In this document: piece by piece, positions 31,573 to 43,525 of the stretch
How the letters are laid out: every line of letters begins with the position of its first letter
Numbering within the stretch: the stretch's first letter is position 1
Assembly: GCA_965112635.1 (NCBI GenBank)
Contig: OZ218778.1
Coordinates: 2,176,001 to 2,240,000 of the forward strand
Length of the DNA stretch: 64,000 nt
Reading direction: 5' to 3'
DNA from: an uncultured bacterium
Lineage (GTDB): Bacteria > Oederibacteriota > Oederibacteriia > Oederibacteriales > Oederibacteriaceae
The notes under the pieces: model-generated
Told to the model about the DNA's origin: nothing
Databases searched by the model: none
The model's input: only the letters and a program-made list of their open reading frames with translations
Program-made: the position numbers and the translations under genes

Positions 31573-34500
31573 ATGGCGGTTAGGATAAAATTCGGAAAAC
31601 AAGCAGGGCTTGCGGTGGCCAGGGTCATCCAGAGCTGCGTGTTGCTGGGCGCCCTGGCCGGGCTGGTCCTGCTGGCCACACGGATAGGCGATCCGACGCA
31701 AAAGGTGCCGCCTGCCTTCAAGCAGATCAAGGTGAGCAGTCCTGATAAGCAGGTCAGCGTGAGCGCCAAGTACAGGCTAGCGGATCAGGTCTCCAGCTTT
31801 TCCGGCAAGAAACCCATTGAGCAGCTCATTGACGTGAAAAATTCAACCCAGAACAGCAAAAGAGTGCCAGTGGTCCTGTTCCAGCGCATTGAAAGCACTA
31901 AGGTAATCTATGAGGATAAAGAGTACGAGCTGCCTGATAAGGGCCATGCCCTGGTATTCAAAGCCCATGTGGAGAATGAAAGGCCTGCCAAGAACTATCC
32001 GGGACTCAACCGCTATATTGTTCCCCTGATCAAAGGCGCGTCAGTGACCTTCAAGGTTGACGAGGGCTTTGTCAGCGACAATAAGATCAAGGTGGGACGG
32101 TATGACTGGTCTGATATCGCCAAGATGGAGCACTCGGTGCGGGCCTACCAGGAAGCAGGCAAGGGGGTGCTGGAGCTGCACCTGACCGTGCCTGTGGCAG
32201 CACGGAGCGAACAGGTCATAGACCCTACTTACGACCTGGCGACCCTCACCAACTATCTTACCCGTTATTCCGGCGCAGTAGATAGTTATGTCGCCGGTGT
32301 CCTATCGGTGGCTGTAGGCGACCTGAACAACGACGGCATCAATGACCTGGTTGTTGCTGTGTCGGGCAGCAGAAGAGATAGTTCGGTATATGTGATTTAC
32401 GGCCAGCTTCCCGGTGCTACTCCTGGCTTGGATAAAGACCTGGATATAACAACCAACTGGAATGTGCGTTGGCACTGTTCAGATGATAACAATTACCTGG
32501 GGACTTCCCTGGCTATCGGTGATCTGGACGGTGATGGTCATAACGACCTGGTCATTGGGACTACAGGGTCCAGCTATTTTTCCGGCAGAGTGGGCGCTGT
32601 ATTCGTCATGTTCTACTCCTCAGGCTGGTTCGTTAATGGGCCGGGCGTGACGTATGACATAACCAATCCCGCTAATTATAATATTCGTTTTGACGCTCCA
32701 GATGCAAATTATAACTACGCAACTTTTGGATGGAAGGAGGCCATAGGAGACCTGAACAATGACGGGCATAACGACCTGGTCATGGCGGATGCTGCTGGAT
32801 CGCCGTATGGTGGTGCCAGAGATATGTGCGGGTCTGTTTATGTGGTTTATGGGAACCTGACTTTGACAGGTACAGGCAATGTCGTAGATATGTCCAATTC
32901 GGCTAATTGGAATGTGCGCTTTGACGGGGACACCGGTAATAACACTTATCCTAATCTGGGTTCTGATATAGCCATTGGCGACATAAACCACAGCGGTTAT
33001 CCGGATTTGATCATGGGGGAAGACAATGGCGGCATTACTTATATTGTTTATAACACACAGGACACACCCGCTAATTTTCCCGCTGGTTTTGGGAATGTCG
33101 TTGACCTTATGGGGGCATCGTCAAACTACAATGTAAAGATCACTTCTGGTGCAGGCACTACCTATAATGTAGGGACTTCGGTTGCTGTCGGGGACCTGAA
33201 CAATGACGGTGGGGCTGATCTGGCGGTTGGAGGGCCAAGATCCTGGGATGGGGTCAACTGGGGCGGGGCCGTCCGGGTGGCCTATTTTGATCCCTCAAGA
33301 TTTCCGTCCGGCAGTTCCACAGGCTATACCTGGGATATCACTACTGTGGGTAATTATGATGTGGAATATATTTCTGCAGGGGCCAGCGATAGTGGCCAGC
33401 ATTTTGGCAGTGCCTTGGCCATCGGCAATTGCGGCTGCAACGGGTTGAACGCCCTGGTCATCGGCGGCGACCAGATGAGCACGCTGGGCAGAACAAATAA
33501 TGGCTGTGTTTATGTAATAGGCCAGCCTCTAGGCTCTGGCAGTGTAGACCTTTCTGCGGGCGGTTATGCTGCACGCTATGATGGAGATGTCTCGAACGGG
33601 GGGAACGGATTAGGCGCTCCTAACTCCATAGCCATTGGCAGTTTATGCGGCAACAGCTCTCCTGAACTGGTCATGGGCAGCTTAGGTGTTAGTACGGACA
33701 GCAGGTCCGGCAACGGCGCGGTGTACGTGATGAATGAGTGTTTGCCTACGAGTACACCGACACCGACCCCTTCTGAGACAGCTACAGAAACGGCGACGGA
33801 GACGGTCACGGAGACTGCCACACAAACGGCTACTGAAACCGAAACCCAGACGACCACTGAGACAACCACTGTGACGGCTACGGATACGGCGACTGAGAGT
33901 TATACTCCAACTGCGACGCCAACAGAAACGGAGACCCCTACGGGAACAAACACCCTTACAGAAACAGGCACTTCTACCAAGACAGACACTGCTACTGAAA
34001 CAGCCACATCTTCTGGCACTGAAACGGCCACCGCCACTGAAACCGAGACGGCTACCTCGACTCAAACGGACACTGGAACGAATACCACCACTGAGACCGT
34101 CACGGAAACAGGGACACTCACTGAAACCGGAACCGGAACCACTACAGAGAGTGTTACGGAAACTGCGACCGCCACAAATACCAATACGGAGACTGCTTCA
34201 GGTACGGTGACTCAGACAGCGACTGAATCGGCAACTCAAACGGCTACGGAAACAGGAACGGCAACAGCCACCGGCACCGATACGCCTGTAAATAGTTCGA
34301 CAGCAACAGCGACCCAGACAGCAACCAACACGGGCACGGAAACTGCGACTGCCACAAATACAAACACGGCGACGGCCACGGGTACAGTGACTCAGACAGC
34401 GACTGAATCGGCAACTCAAACGGCTACGGAAACAGGAACGGCAACAGCCACCGGCACCGACACACCTGTAAATAGCGTGACAGCAACAGTGACACAGACA

Positions 34501-35826
34501 GCAACCAACACAGTTACGGAAACTGCGACCGCCACAAATACAAATACGGAGACTGCTTCAGGTACAGTGACTCAGACAGCGACTGAATCGGCAACTCAAT
34601 CTGCAACGGAAACAGTAACGACAATGGCTGCTGGAACCGACACGCCTATAAATAGCGCAACAGCAACGGCCACCCAGACGGCGACGAGCACAACTACGGA
34701 AACCTTGACTCTGACCGCTACCGCCACGAATACCAATACCAGCACGGCAACTTCTACGGTTACTAACACCGTAACTCAAACCAGTACTGCCACCAGCACA
34801 AATACCAATACTGCAACGGCTACCATAACTGTTACCGTCACCAATACAGGTACAGTAACCTCTTCTTCAACTCCCACCCAGTCTACTTCTCCAACCGCAA
34901 CCCAGACAGCCACCCAAACGGCGACCCAAACCGCCACCAGCTCGCCCTCAGTGACAGGGACAAATACGGATACGGTTACTGCGTCTGCGACCGTGACCCA
35001 AATTTTGACCTCCACGCTGACCGCGACAGCGACCTCAACGAATACCATCACGGGAACAAGTACTGCCACAGCGACCGCGACGCAAACCGGGTCTGCTACC
35101 CAGACCAATACGTCTACTTCCACGGGTACGGTTACAAACACTACGTCTGCGACCGTTACTGCCACCCAGACTGCAACGGCGACTCAATCCGGGACGGTTA
35201 CCTCGACCGGTACCGCGACCAATACGGCAACTGTCTCAGCCACTGTGACCCAAACCGCCACGATCACCGTCACAGCCACCATTACTCAAACCGGCACAAT
35301 TACCTTGACGAGCTCTGTCACTAACACCGGGACGGAGACCGCCACCTTGACGCAAACAGGAACGCAAACGCAGACCGGCACGATCACGAATACTTCCACT
35401 CAGTCGCCCACACCAACGCAAAGTGGGACAGGGACAGAAACCATGACCATCACTCTGACCTTGACGTCCAGTGAGACACCCACATCGACGATGACGGGTA
35501 CCATTACCAATACACCTACAAACACAACGACTGTGACCAATTCTCCCACTCCGGGAGATTTGAGCACTACATACATCAGTTCAAATATCATCACAAACTA
35601 TGTCTCTGGAGCGAGCAAGATCTCCATCAAGAGCATTCCCAAGGGCACCACCATTGAGATTTATAATGTGAACCGCGAGAAAGTTTACAGCTGTTATGTA
35701 ACATTGGACCACGCCGATTGGTATTTAAAAAATTCCAACAACGACGAGGTCAGTTCCGGAGTTTACTTTATGATTCTTGTCCATAATAACGAAAAGCGGA
35801 TCAAGCGGATTGTTTTGGTGAAATAG
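31573..35826 (+). CDS. Large surface/secreted protein: FG-GAP (integrin-alpha-like) propeller + about 600-aa Thr-rich stalk + T9SS-CTD-like domain
   Basis: N-terminal hydrophobic segment; repeated GDLNNDG..DL motifs; T-x repeats; C-terminus NIITN...IEIYNV...WYLKNSNNDEVSSGVYFM...RIKRIVLVK. Confidence 0.85.
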   Translation: MAVRIKFGKQAGLAVARVIQSCVLLGALAGLVLLATRIGDPTQKVPPAFKQIKVSSPDKQVSVSAKYRLADQVSSFSGKKPIEQLIDVKNSTQNSKRVPVVLFQRIESTKVIYEDKEYELPDKGHALVFKAHVENERPAKNYPGLNRYIVPLIKGASVTFKVDEGFVSDNKIKVGRYDWSDIAKMEHSVRAYQEAGKGVLELHLTVPVAARSEQVIDPTYDLATLTNYLTRYSGAVDSYVAGVLSVAVGDLNNDGINDLVVAVSGSRRDSSVYVIYGQLPGATPGLDKDLDITTNWNVRWHCSDDNNYLGTSLAIGDLDGDGHNDLVIGTTGSSYFSGRVGAVFVMFYSSGWFVNGPGVTYDITNPANYNIRFDAPDANYNYATFGWKEAIGDLNNDGHNDLVMADAAGSPYGGARDMCGSVYVVYGNLTLTGTGNVVDMSNSANWNVRFDGDTGNNTYPNLGSDIAIGDINHSGYPDLIMGEDNGGITYIVYNTQDTPANFPAGFGNVVDLMGASSNYNVKITSGAGTTYNVGTSVAVGDLNNDGGADLAVGGPRSWDGVNWGGAVRVAYFDPSRFPSGSSTGYTWDITTVGNYDVEYISAGASDSGQHFGSALAIGNCGCNGLNALVIGGDQMSTLGRTNNGCVYVIGQPLGSGSVDLSAGGYAARYDGDVSNGGNGLGAPNSIAIGSLCGNSSPELVMGSLGVSTDSRSGNGAVYVMNECLPTSTPTPTPSETATETATETVTETATQTATETETQTTTETTTVTATDTATESYTPTATPTETETPTGTNTLTETGTSTKTDTATETATSSGTETATATETETATSTQTDTGTNTTTETVTETGTLTETGTGTTTESVTETATATNTNTETASGTVTQTATESATQTATETGTATATGTDTPVNSSTATATQTATNTGTETATATNTNTATATGTVTQTATESATQTATETGTATATGTDTPVNSVTATVTQTATNTVTETATATNTNTETASGTVTQTATESATQSATETVTTMAAGTDTPINSATATATQTATSTTTETLTLTATATNTNTSTATSTVTNTVTQTSTATSTNTNTATATITVTVTNTGTVTSSSTPTQSTSPTATQTATQTATQTATSSPSVTGTNTDTVTASATVTQILTSTLTATATSTNTITGTSTATATATQTGSATQTNTSTSTGTVTNTTSATVTATQTATATQSGTVTSTGTATNTATVSATVTQTATITVTATITQTGTITLTSSVTNTGTETATLTQTGTQTQTGTITNTSTQSPTPTQSGTGTETMTITLTLTSSETPTSTMTGTITNTPTNTTTVTNSPTPGDLSTTYISSNIITNYVSGASKISIKSIPKGTTIEIYNVNREKVYSCYVTLDHADWYLKNSNNDEVSSGVYFMILVHNNEKRIKRIVLVK
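34156..34702 (+). repeat. Intragenic tandem repeat, 3 x 180 bp (60 aa)
   Basis: ACGGAAAC recurs at 34156, 34336, 34516 and 34696; near-identical GTGACTCAGACAGCGACTGAATCGGCAACTCAA blocks. Confidence 0.9.
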
Positions 35827-35839
35827 GAAGGATGAAACC

Positions 35840-36775
35840 GTGAATAAATTTAGATTGATAGTCCTTTTAGCGGGGTTGTTCTTAGTCCCAGGGAACCTAC
35901 TGGCCCTTGGGATAGGCGAGACCGGCGCCCCTTTCTTAAAAATAGGAGTTGGCGCTAGAGCTGCCAGCATGGGTGAAGCCTACACGGCCGCGGCGGATGA
36001 CGTCACATCGCTTTACTGGAACCCAGCCGGCCTTTCTTTTTTGCAGGACCGTCAAGCAATATTTATGCATGACATATGGGGCGAGCAGGTTTATCTGGAT
36101 TATCTAGCCTATGCACAGACAATAGGGAATGATGACGCTCTGGGAGCCTCGGCAACCTATTTTTGGATGTCTCCCGTTGACGTCAACGATGATTCAGGAA
36201 AACTTACGGGACAGACCTGGAGCGTTTATGATATCTGCGGGACCCTGGGGTATTCACGGAAATTAGGGGACAAGTTCAGCCTGGGGATTACCGCAAAATA
36301 TATCCAGGACCAGCTGGGGACCTTTCAAAGCATAGGGTTCGCCGGGGATTTTGGACTTCTCTGCAAGATTATCTCAGACCCAGATGTCAGAATAGGCGCG
36401 GTCATCCAAAATATTGGCACCCCGATTCAATTTATCAGCGCCTCAAGTGTTCTACCTTTGGTCGGCAAAGTGGGCGCCTACAGTCTGATTTACCGTGACG
36501 CGGATAATGCCGTCGGGATCGCGGCGGATATGGTGGTACCTAACGATAATTATATTTACGGTGATTACGGTTTGGAATATTCGTTACAAAACGTTCTTAT
36601 TTTCCGAGGAGGATACATGAGCAGGCCCGATGCTCCTTCGCTGAGCCTGGGGGTAGGCATCAAACAGGCCACGGAGGACTTCATGGCGGAGTTGGATTAT
36701 TCCTTCACCAGTCAAAATGCCACCTCGCAAGGGATGGGTGCCATTCACAGGATCTCCCTGCTATACGGTTTTTAA
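35840..36775 (+). CDS. PorV/PorQ-family outer-membrane beta-barrel (paralog of 10200..11135)
   Basis: Signal peptide; APFLKIGVGARAASMGEAYTAAADDVTSLYWNPAGL; terminal F. Confidence 0.85.
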   Translation: MNKFRLIVLLAGLFLVPGNLLALGIGETGAPFLKIGVGARAASMGEAYTAAADDVTSLYWNPAGLSFLQDRQAIFMHDIWGEQVYLDYLAYAQTIGNDDALGASATYFWMSPVDVNDDSGKLTGQTWSVYDICGTLGYSRKLGDKFSLGITAKYIQDQLGTFQSIGFAGDFGLLCKIISDPDVRIGAVIQNIGTPIQFISASSVLPLVGKVGAYSLIYRDADNAVGIAADMVVPNDNYIYGDYGLEYSLQNVLIFRGGYMSRPDAPSLSLGVGIKQATEDFMAELDYSFTSQNATSQGMGAIHRISLLYGF

Positions 36776-36794
36776 CCTTCTGCGCCTCCTATTC

Positions 36795-37881
<1,087 letters not shown>

Positions 37882-37883
37882 AA

Positions 37884-39077
37884 ATGGCAAAACTATCCCT
37901 CGAGGGTTATAACCCCGCAGGTAAGAAAGTCCTGGTGCGTGTTGATTTCAATGTACCGCTGGACGACAAACAAAAGGTGACGGACCAGACCAGGATTGTC
38001 GCGGTCCTGCCGACCATCAAATATTTGGTTGAAAGGAAAGCCAAGGTCATCCTGATGTCCCACCTGGGGCGCCCCAAAGGCAAGCCGGACGACAAGGCCA
38101 AATTCAGCTTGAAACCTGTGGCTGAAAAACTTTCCGAGATCCTGAAAAAGCCCGTTCTTTTCGCCGAGGATTGCATTGGTGACGCGGTAAAGTCCATGAT
38201 TAACGGCCTCAAGGACGGAGACATTATCCTCTTAGAGAACCTGCGCTTTCATAAAGAGGAGGAGGCCAACGACGAAGGATTTTCCAAACAGCTGGCCTCA
38301 CTCGGCGATGCCTATGTCAACGACGCTTTTGGTACCGCGCATCGGGCCCATGCCTCAACAGCCGGGGTGACCAAGTTCATCAAGCCTTGCATGGCGGGCT
38401 TCCTGCTGAACAAGGAGTTGAGCGTCTTGAGCCAGGCTATGGACAATCCTCAGAGACCTTTTGTCGCCATTCTAGGGGGGGCCAAAATATCAGACAAGAT
38501 CGAAGTCATTAAGAATCTTCTTAACAAAGTGGATACGTTGATCGTCGGTGGCGGCATGGCCTATACCTTTTTCAAGGCCATGGGTAGGGAAGTCGGGAAA
38601 TCCCTGCTGGAGGCAGAAAAAGTGGACCTCGCCAAGGAGATCATGAAAGAAGCCGAGCAGAAAAAGGTCAACTTCCTGTTGCCTGTTGATAATGTTATCG
38701 CGGACCGTTTCGACCCAGCTGCGACCGTCAAAATCCAAAAGGGTGGCGATATCCCAGCGGACTGGCAGGGATTGGATATTGGGCCTGATAGCATCAAACT
38801 TTTTGGGGATACTCTCAAAAACGCAAAGACCGTGATTTGGAACGGTCCTATGGGTGCTTTTGAAATGGCGCCTTTTGCCAAGGGCACTCTCGAGGTCGCC
38901 AAGGTCCTGGCCGGTTTGAAGGCCACTACTATCATCGGCGGCGGTGACTCGGCCGCGGCTATCACCAAGATGGGCCTGGCTGACAAGATGACCCATATCT
39001 GCACCGGCGGGGGAGCCTCCCTGGAGTTTCTGGAAGGCAAAGAGCTGCCCGGTGTGGCCGCTCTTACGGATAAATAA
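37884..39077 (+). CDS. pgk: Phosphoglycerate kinase
   Basis: [48 protein letters not shown]. Confidence 0.98.
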   Translation: MAKLSLEGYNPAGKKVLVRVDFNVPLDDKQKVTDQTRIVAVLPTIKYLVERKAKVILMSHLGRPKGKPDDKAKFSLKPVAEKLSEILKKPVLFAEDCIGDAVKSMINGLKDGDIILLENLRFHKEEEANDEGFSKQLASLGDAYVNDAFGTAHRAHASTAGVTKFIKPCMAGFLLNKELSVLSQAMDNPQRPFVAILGGAKISDKIEVIKNLLNKVDTLIVGGGMAYTFFKAMGREVGKSLLEAEKVDLAKEIMKEAEQKKVNFLLPVDNVIADRFDPAATVKIQKGGDIPADWQGLDIGPDSIKLFGDTLKNAKTVIWNGPMGAFEMAPFAKGTLEVAKVLAGLKATTIIGGGDSAAAITKMGLADKMTHICTGGGASLEFLEGKELPGVAALTDK

Positions 39078-39096
39078 ATCTTCGCACTAAAAAGGA

Positions 39097-39858
39097 ATGA
39101 ACTTGCGTAGACCGATCATAGCCGGCAACTGGAAAATGAATAAAACGGCCACCGAGGCCAAAGATCTTACCGAAAAAATAGTCCACGCCTGCAGCAATGT
39201 CACCCATGCAGACGTGGTGTTGTGCCCCCCTTTCACCTGCCTATGGGCTGTCCAGGAGCTTTTACGAAATTCCTCCGTGCGACTGGGAGCCCAGAACATG
39301 CACTGGGAGCAGAATGGAGCCTTTACCGGAGAGATTTCTCCCGCGATGGTCAAAGACGCGGGCTGCCACTATGTCATCCTGGGACATTCGGAACGCCGCC
39401 AATATTTCAAAGAGGATAACGCCCTCGTCAACAAGAAGGTCAAGGCCTCCTTGGGATTCGGGATAACACCTATCCTGTGCCTAGGCGAAACTTTAGAGCA
39501 AAGGGAAAAAGGGGTCACGGAAAGCGTGGTCAAAGACCAGTTGCTGGGCGGGATCCAGGGATTGACCCCCGCCCAATTGCCCAAGATTGTGGTCGCTTAC
39601 GAGCCTGTTTGGGCCATTGGCACGGGCAAGACCGCGACCTCAGCCCAGGCTCAAGAAGTCCATTCCTATATCCGCAAACTATTAGGCGAGGCTTCAACCG
39701 AAGAGGTCTCCAAACAGGTCAGAATCCAATATGGAGGCAGTGTCAAAGTCGAGAACATCAAAGAGCTCATGGCCCAACCTGATATCGACGGAGCCCTGGT
39801 GGGAGGCGCGAGCCTGGATGCCGGTTCTTTCGAGAAAATAATCAAATACAATGTTTAG
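39097..39858 (+). CDS. tpiA: Triosephosphate isomerase
   Basis: AGNWKM, GHSERR, AYEPVWAIGTG, YGGSV, LVGGASL. Confidence 0.98.
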   Translation: MNLRRPIIAGNWKMNKTATEAKDLTEKIVHACSNVTHADVVLCPPFTCLWAVQELLRNSSVRLGAQNMHWEQNGAFTGEISPAMVKDAGCHYVILGHSERRQYFKEDNALVNKKVKASLGFGITPILCLGETLEQREKGVTESVVKDQLLGGIQGLTPAQLPKIVVAYEPVWAIGTGKTATSAQAQEVHSYIRKLLGEASTEEVSKQVRIQYGGSVKVENIKELMAQPDIDGALVGGASLDAGSFEKIIKYNV

Positions 39859-39867
39859 GGGAAAATT

Positions 39868-40197
39868 ATGATTGGATTTTTGAATTTTGTACTGGTCATC
39901 ACAAGTTTTGCCCTTATCATCGCGATCCTGATGCAGTCCGGCAAAGGTTCAGGCATAGGCGATATTTTCGGAGGAGGGGCGACCCAATCCCTTTTGGGGA
40001 CTTCAGGAGGTAAAAACATCCTGACCAGGGCTACCTACATTTTATTCGGGGTTTTCCTAGCGACCACCCTGTTGTTGGCCATTTTGCCGCATCAAACCGT
40101 CACCTCGCAGCTCCAAAACGAGCTTAAATCCGAGTTCATGGTCACTCCCACTTCCGCTACAGCCTCCAATACACCCATCCCGCTGCCTCAACACTAA
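39868..40197 (+). CDS. secG: Preprotein translocase subunit SecG
   Basis: ILMQSGKGSGIGDIFGGG, LTRAT; two TM helices; follows tpiA. Confidence 0.92.
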   Translation: MIGFLNFVLVITSFALIIAILMQSGKGSGIGDIFGGGATQSLLGTSGGKNILTRATYILFGVFLATTLLLAILPHQTVTSQLQNELKSEFMVTPTSATASNTPIPLPQH

Positions 40198-41813
40198 TGT
40201 TGGGGAAAAGTCCGCTAGCCCGCTTTCTTTGCCGATTCTTTCTTTGCGCTTTTTTCGTTTTAGCGAATTTGCCTCTTTGCGCGGAAGACAAGCCCTCTTA
40301 CGGCGATACTTTGGTGGATTCTTCCATTGGTGACGCCTCTAAACTTAATCCCATTCTTTTAACCGATTCAGCCTCAGGTGACATTGTCGGGCTGGTGTTC
40401 AACGGGCTGGTTAAATACGATAAGGACCTTCATTTGGTGGGGGACCTGGCCAAGTCCTGGAAAATTTCTTCAGATGGATTGACCATCACCTTTTACCTTC
40501 GCCAGAACGTACGCTGGCATGATGGCCAGCCTTTTACGGCCGAGGACGTGAAGTTCACCTGGGACAAGCTGGTGGACCCAAAAACACAGACGCCCTATGC
40601 AAGCAGTTACATCTTGGTCAAAAGAGCCACGATCCTGGAAAAATACACCTTTCAGGTAGAATACAGCGAGCCTTTTGCGCCGGCTTTAGACAGTTGGGGT
40701 ATCGGCATTCTGCCCAAGCATATTTTGGAAAACCAGGACATCAATACTTCAGGTTTTAACCGCAAGCCTATCGGCACGGGGCCTTTCAAGTTCAAAGAAT
40801 GGAAAACCGCTGAGAAGATAGAACTGGAGGTCAACAAGGATTATTTCGAAGGCCGGGCGTACCTGGACCGTTACGCTTACCGAGTTATCCCCGACCAGTC
40901 GGCCCAATTTCTTTCCCTACAAAAAGGGGAGGTAGACCAGATGACTCTGACCCCAGACCAGTTCACCGGACAGGAAACCTCAGAAAAGGGTTTTTTGGAC
41001 AAATTCCACAAGTTCAAGTATCCGAGTTTAAATTACATTTACATGGGCTTTAACTTAAAGAGGGAGATCTTCCAGGACCGGCGGGTGCGTGTGGCCATCG
41101 CCCATGCCATCAACAAAGACGATATCATCCAAAAGATCTTGCATGGCTTGGGCCATGGGGTCACAGGGCCTTATCCCACGACCTTCTGGGCTTACAACTA
41201 CGACGTGAAACCGTATTCATATGATCTCAAGGAATCCGAGATGCTGCTCAGCCAGGCTGGATGGAAAAAAGACAAGTCTGGGAAACTGGTCAAGGACGGC
41301 AAAGTTTTCGAGTTCAACTTGATGACCAATCAGGGCAACCAAGCCAGGGAACAGTGCGCTACAATTATCCAGCAACAGTTAGCCAAACTAGGCATCCAGG
41401 TCAATATCAGGATCCTGGCCTGGACCGCTTTTATGGACATAGTGGATCGCCAGCGTAATTTTGACTCCGTGGTGCTGGGTTGGAGCCTGGGCCTGGACCC
41501 AGACTGCTACGACATCTGGCATTCCAGCAAGACAGGGCCCAATGAGTACAATTTCATTTCATATAAGAACAGCAAAGTGGACCAGCTCCTTTTGGATGGT
41601 CGCAAGACCTTTGACCAAGAAAAACGAAAGAAGATCTACAATAAGATCCACGAGCTAATCGCTTATGATGAGCCGTATGTTTTCTTGTATGTTCCGGATA
41701 ATCTTGTGGCCATAGACAAAAGGTTCCGCAACATCAAGGTTGCACCCCTAGGGATCAGCTATAATTTTATAAGGTGGTATGTCCCAAAATCTGAGATAAA
41801 ATACGCGTATTAA
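40197..41813 (+). CDS. ABC transporter peptide-binding protein (family 5, OppA/AppA-like)
   Basis: GDLAKSW.IS.DG..ITF.LR..V.WHDG.PFTAEDV.FT, PIGTGPF, RVR.AIAHAIN. Confidence 0.93.
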   Translation: MLGKSPLARFLCRFFLCAFFVLANLPLCAEDKPSYGDTLVDSSIGDASKLNPILLTDSASGDIVGLVFNGLVKYDKDLHLVGDLAKSWKISSDGLTITFYLRQNVRWHDGQPFTAEDVKFTWDKLVDPKTQTPYASSYILVKRATILEKYTFQVEYSEPFAPALDSWGIGILPKHILENQDINTSGFNRKPIGTGPFKFKEWKTAEKIELEVNKDYFEGRAYLDRYAYRVIPDQSAQFLSLQKGEVDQMTLTPDQFTGQETSEKGFLDKFHKFKYPSLNYIYMGFNLKREIFQDRRVRVAIAHAINKDDIIQKILHGLGHGVTGPYPTTFWAYNYDVKPYSYDLKESEMLLSQAGWKKDKSGKLVKDGKVFEFNLMTNQGNQAREQCATIIQQQLAKLGIQVNIRILAWTAFMDIVDRQRNFDSVVLGWSLGLDPDCYDIWHSSKTGPNEYNFISYKNSKVDQLLLDGRKTFDQEKRKKIYNKIHELIAYDEPYVFLYVPDNLVAIDKRFRNIKVAPLGISYNFIRWYVPKSEIKYAY

Positions 41814-41833
41814 TTCTTTAAAAGGCCGATCGC

Positions 41834-42409
41834 ATGCCCAAGACTGTTTACAACAAGCAATTAGCCGCCAAAATATCCGGTTGGCTTTCCGATAACCTCA
41901 CCAGGAAAAAATACGTCCACTCCCTCAATGTAGGGATATTGTCCAAGACCCTGGCGGTCAATTACGGGCTGGATCCAATACAAGCTCATATTGCGGGCTT
42001 GCTCCATGACGCCGGGTATTGCCGGAAAAACGGAAATTGGTTCAAGAAAATGAAAAAGGAAGGTTTTCCTTTCATCGGACTGGAACAAAACAACCGCGGC
42101 TTGCGCCATGCGGCCATCAGTTATGAGATAGCCCGGAAAAGATTCAATATAAGCGATAAAGCGGTCTTGGATGCCATCCGCCACCACAGCACAGGCCGGC
42201 CCTCTATGTCCAAGCTGGAAAAGATCGTTTATGTGTCCGATTATTCCGAGCCGTTCCGAAAATATCCAGATGTGGATATGATCAGGACGCTGTCCTTTGA
42301 CAACCTGGACAGGGCAGCCAAAAAGACTTTGCTCCACAAGACAGCCTATTTGAAAAAAAATAAATTGCCCGTTGATCCAAGGTCCTTATGCTGGCTCAAA
42401 AATATTTAA
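41834..42409 (+). CDS. yqeK: YqeK-like HD-domain Ap4A hydrolase
   Basis: YVHS, AGLLHD, H, AIRHHSTG, YVSDYSEP. Confidence 0.8.
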   Translation: MPKTVYNKQLAAKISGWLSDNLTRKKYVHSLNVGILSKTLAVNYGLDPIQAHIAGLLHDAGYCRKNGNWFKKMKKEGFPFIGLEQNNRGLRHAAISYEIARKRFNISDKAVLDAIRHHSTGRPSMSKLEKIVYVSDYSEPFRKYPDVDMIRTLSFDNLDRAAKKTLLHKTAYLKKNKLPVDPRSLCWLKNI

Positions 42410-43524
42410 GGCTTTTCATATTTTTTGTAATCCTTGGTGTTTTTTTCTGGGCGTGCCATTTCCTCAGCGTGACTATCCCGGTCTTGTTGCTGGGCACGGA
42501 TTTTGACGATAATTCCCAGCACACTGACACTATGATCCTAGCCGAATTTCAGCCCTTTACACGACAGATCCATTTGTTGTCCATTCCGCGGGACACCTTG
42601 GTCTCCATTCCGGGTGCCGGCTATGCCAAGGCCAACTACGCTTATGCTTACGGTTTCAGCATAGGCAGGACGCCAAAGGCTGCCCAGTTGACCTTGCAGA
42701 CCACTGATGACCTACTGGGCAAAAAGATCTTTTTCTATATCCACCTCAATTACAAAAGCTTTATAGGCCTGGTGGATTCCTTGGGAGGGGTCTATATCAA
42801 CATCGACAGACCGATGGATTATGAAGACCACGCCAACAAGCTTTACATCCACCTAAAGCCGGGATACCAATACCTGTCCGGTATGGACTCCCTCAAATAT
42901 GTCAGGTTTAGGGCGGATGGCAAGGGAGATATCGGCAGGTTGAAACGCCAGCAATTATTCTTAAAAGCTTTATGGGGCAGGGTGGGCAGACCCCTTGTGA
43001 TCTTCGGGCTGCCAGCCACCCTCTTTGATCTTACCTCACAGATGGATTCAAATTTGTCGGTTTTTGATGTTTTATGGTTGATGAAAAAGTGCGCGCTAGT
43101 CTCGTTCCAGAAGGTTGATTCCGCGACCCTGATTGGAGAGCCTTTATGGCTCCACGGTGTCTCCTATTGGAAAGCCACCAGCAATGCCTCAGCGCTACCG
43201 GTAGCAGCCAACAAGAATAAGACGGCACCCGTTCAGCAATACAAGGCCGAGATATGGAACGGCTGCGGGGTAGTTAAATTGGGCAGGAAAATGCAGGCAG
43301 CCATGGCCGACCTGGACCTGGATTTTATTTTTGTAGGCAATGCAGATAATTTCCATTACAAAAAGACAAAAATACTTACCCGTTTGAAGGACAAGTCTTT
43401 TTTAAAGAAGCTCTCCAAAAAGATAAAAAGCAAGAGCATCCAATATGCTCCCCATGTTTCAAGCAGGGACGCCGACCTGGTGGTCATCATCGGCAGGGAT
43501 TGGGCGGGGAAGAGAGGCCGTTAA
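42388..43524 (+). CDS. LCP (LytR-CpsA-Psr) family protein with LytR C-terminal domain
   Basis: LLLGTD, TDTMIL, SIPRDT, YVRFR..D.GR..RQ; C-terminal WNGCG...GNADNF...DLVVIIGRD. Confidence 0.9.
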   Translation: MLAQKYLRLFIFFVILGVFFWACHFLSVTIPVLLLGTDFDDNSQHTDTMILAEFQPFTRQIHLLSIPRDTLVSIPGAGYAKANYAYAYGFSIGRTPKAAQLTLQTTDDLLGKKIFFYIHLNYKSFIGLVDSLGGVYINIDRPMDYEDHANKLYIHLKPGYQYLSGMDSLKYVRFRADGKGDIGRLKRQQLFLKALWGRVGRPLVIFGLPATLFDLTSQMDSNLSVFDVLWLMKKCALVSFQKVDSATLIGEPLWLHGVSYWKATSNASALPVAANKNKTAPVQQYKAEIWNGCGVVKLGRKMQAAMADLDLDFIFVGNADNFHYKKTKILTRLKDKSFLKKLSKKIKSKSIQYAPHVSSRDADLVVIIGRDWAGKRGR

Positions 43525-43525
43525 A

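Noticed and set aside
34156-34702. 180-bp repeats as CRISPR or DGR template/variable repeats
   Set aside because: In-frame tandem coding repeats with no spacers; no reverse transcriptase or cas genes in the window.
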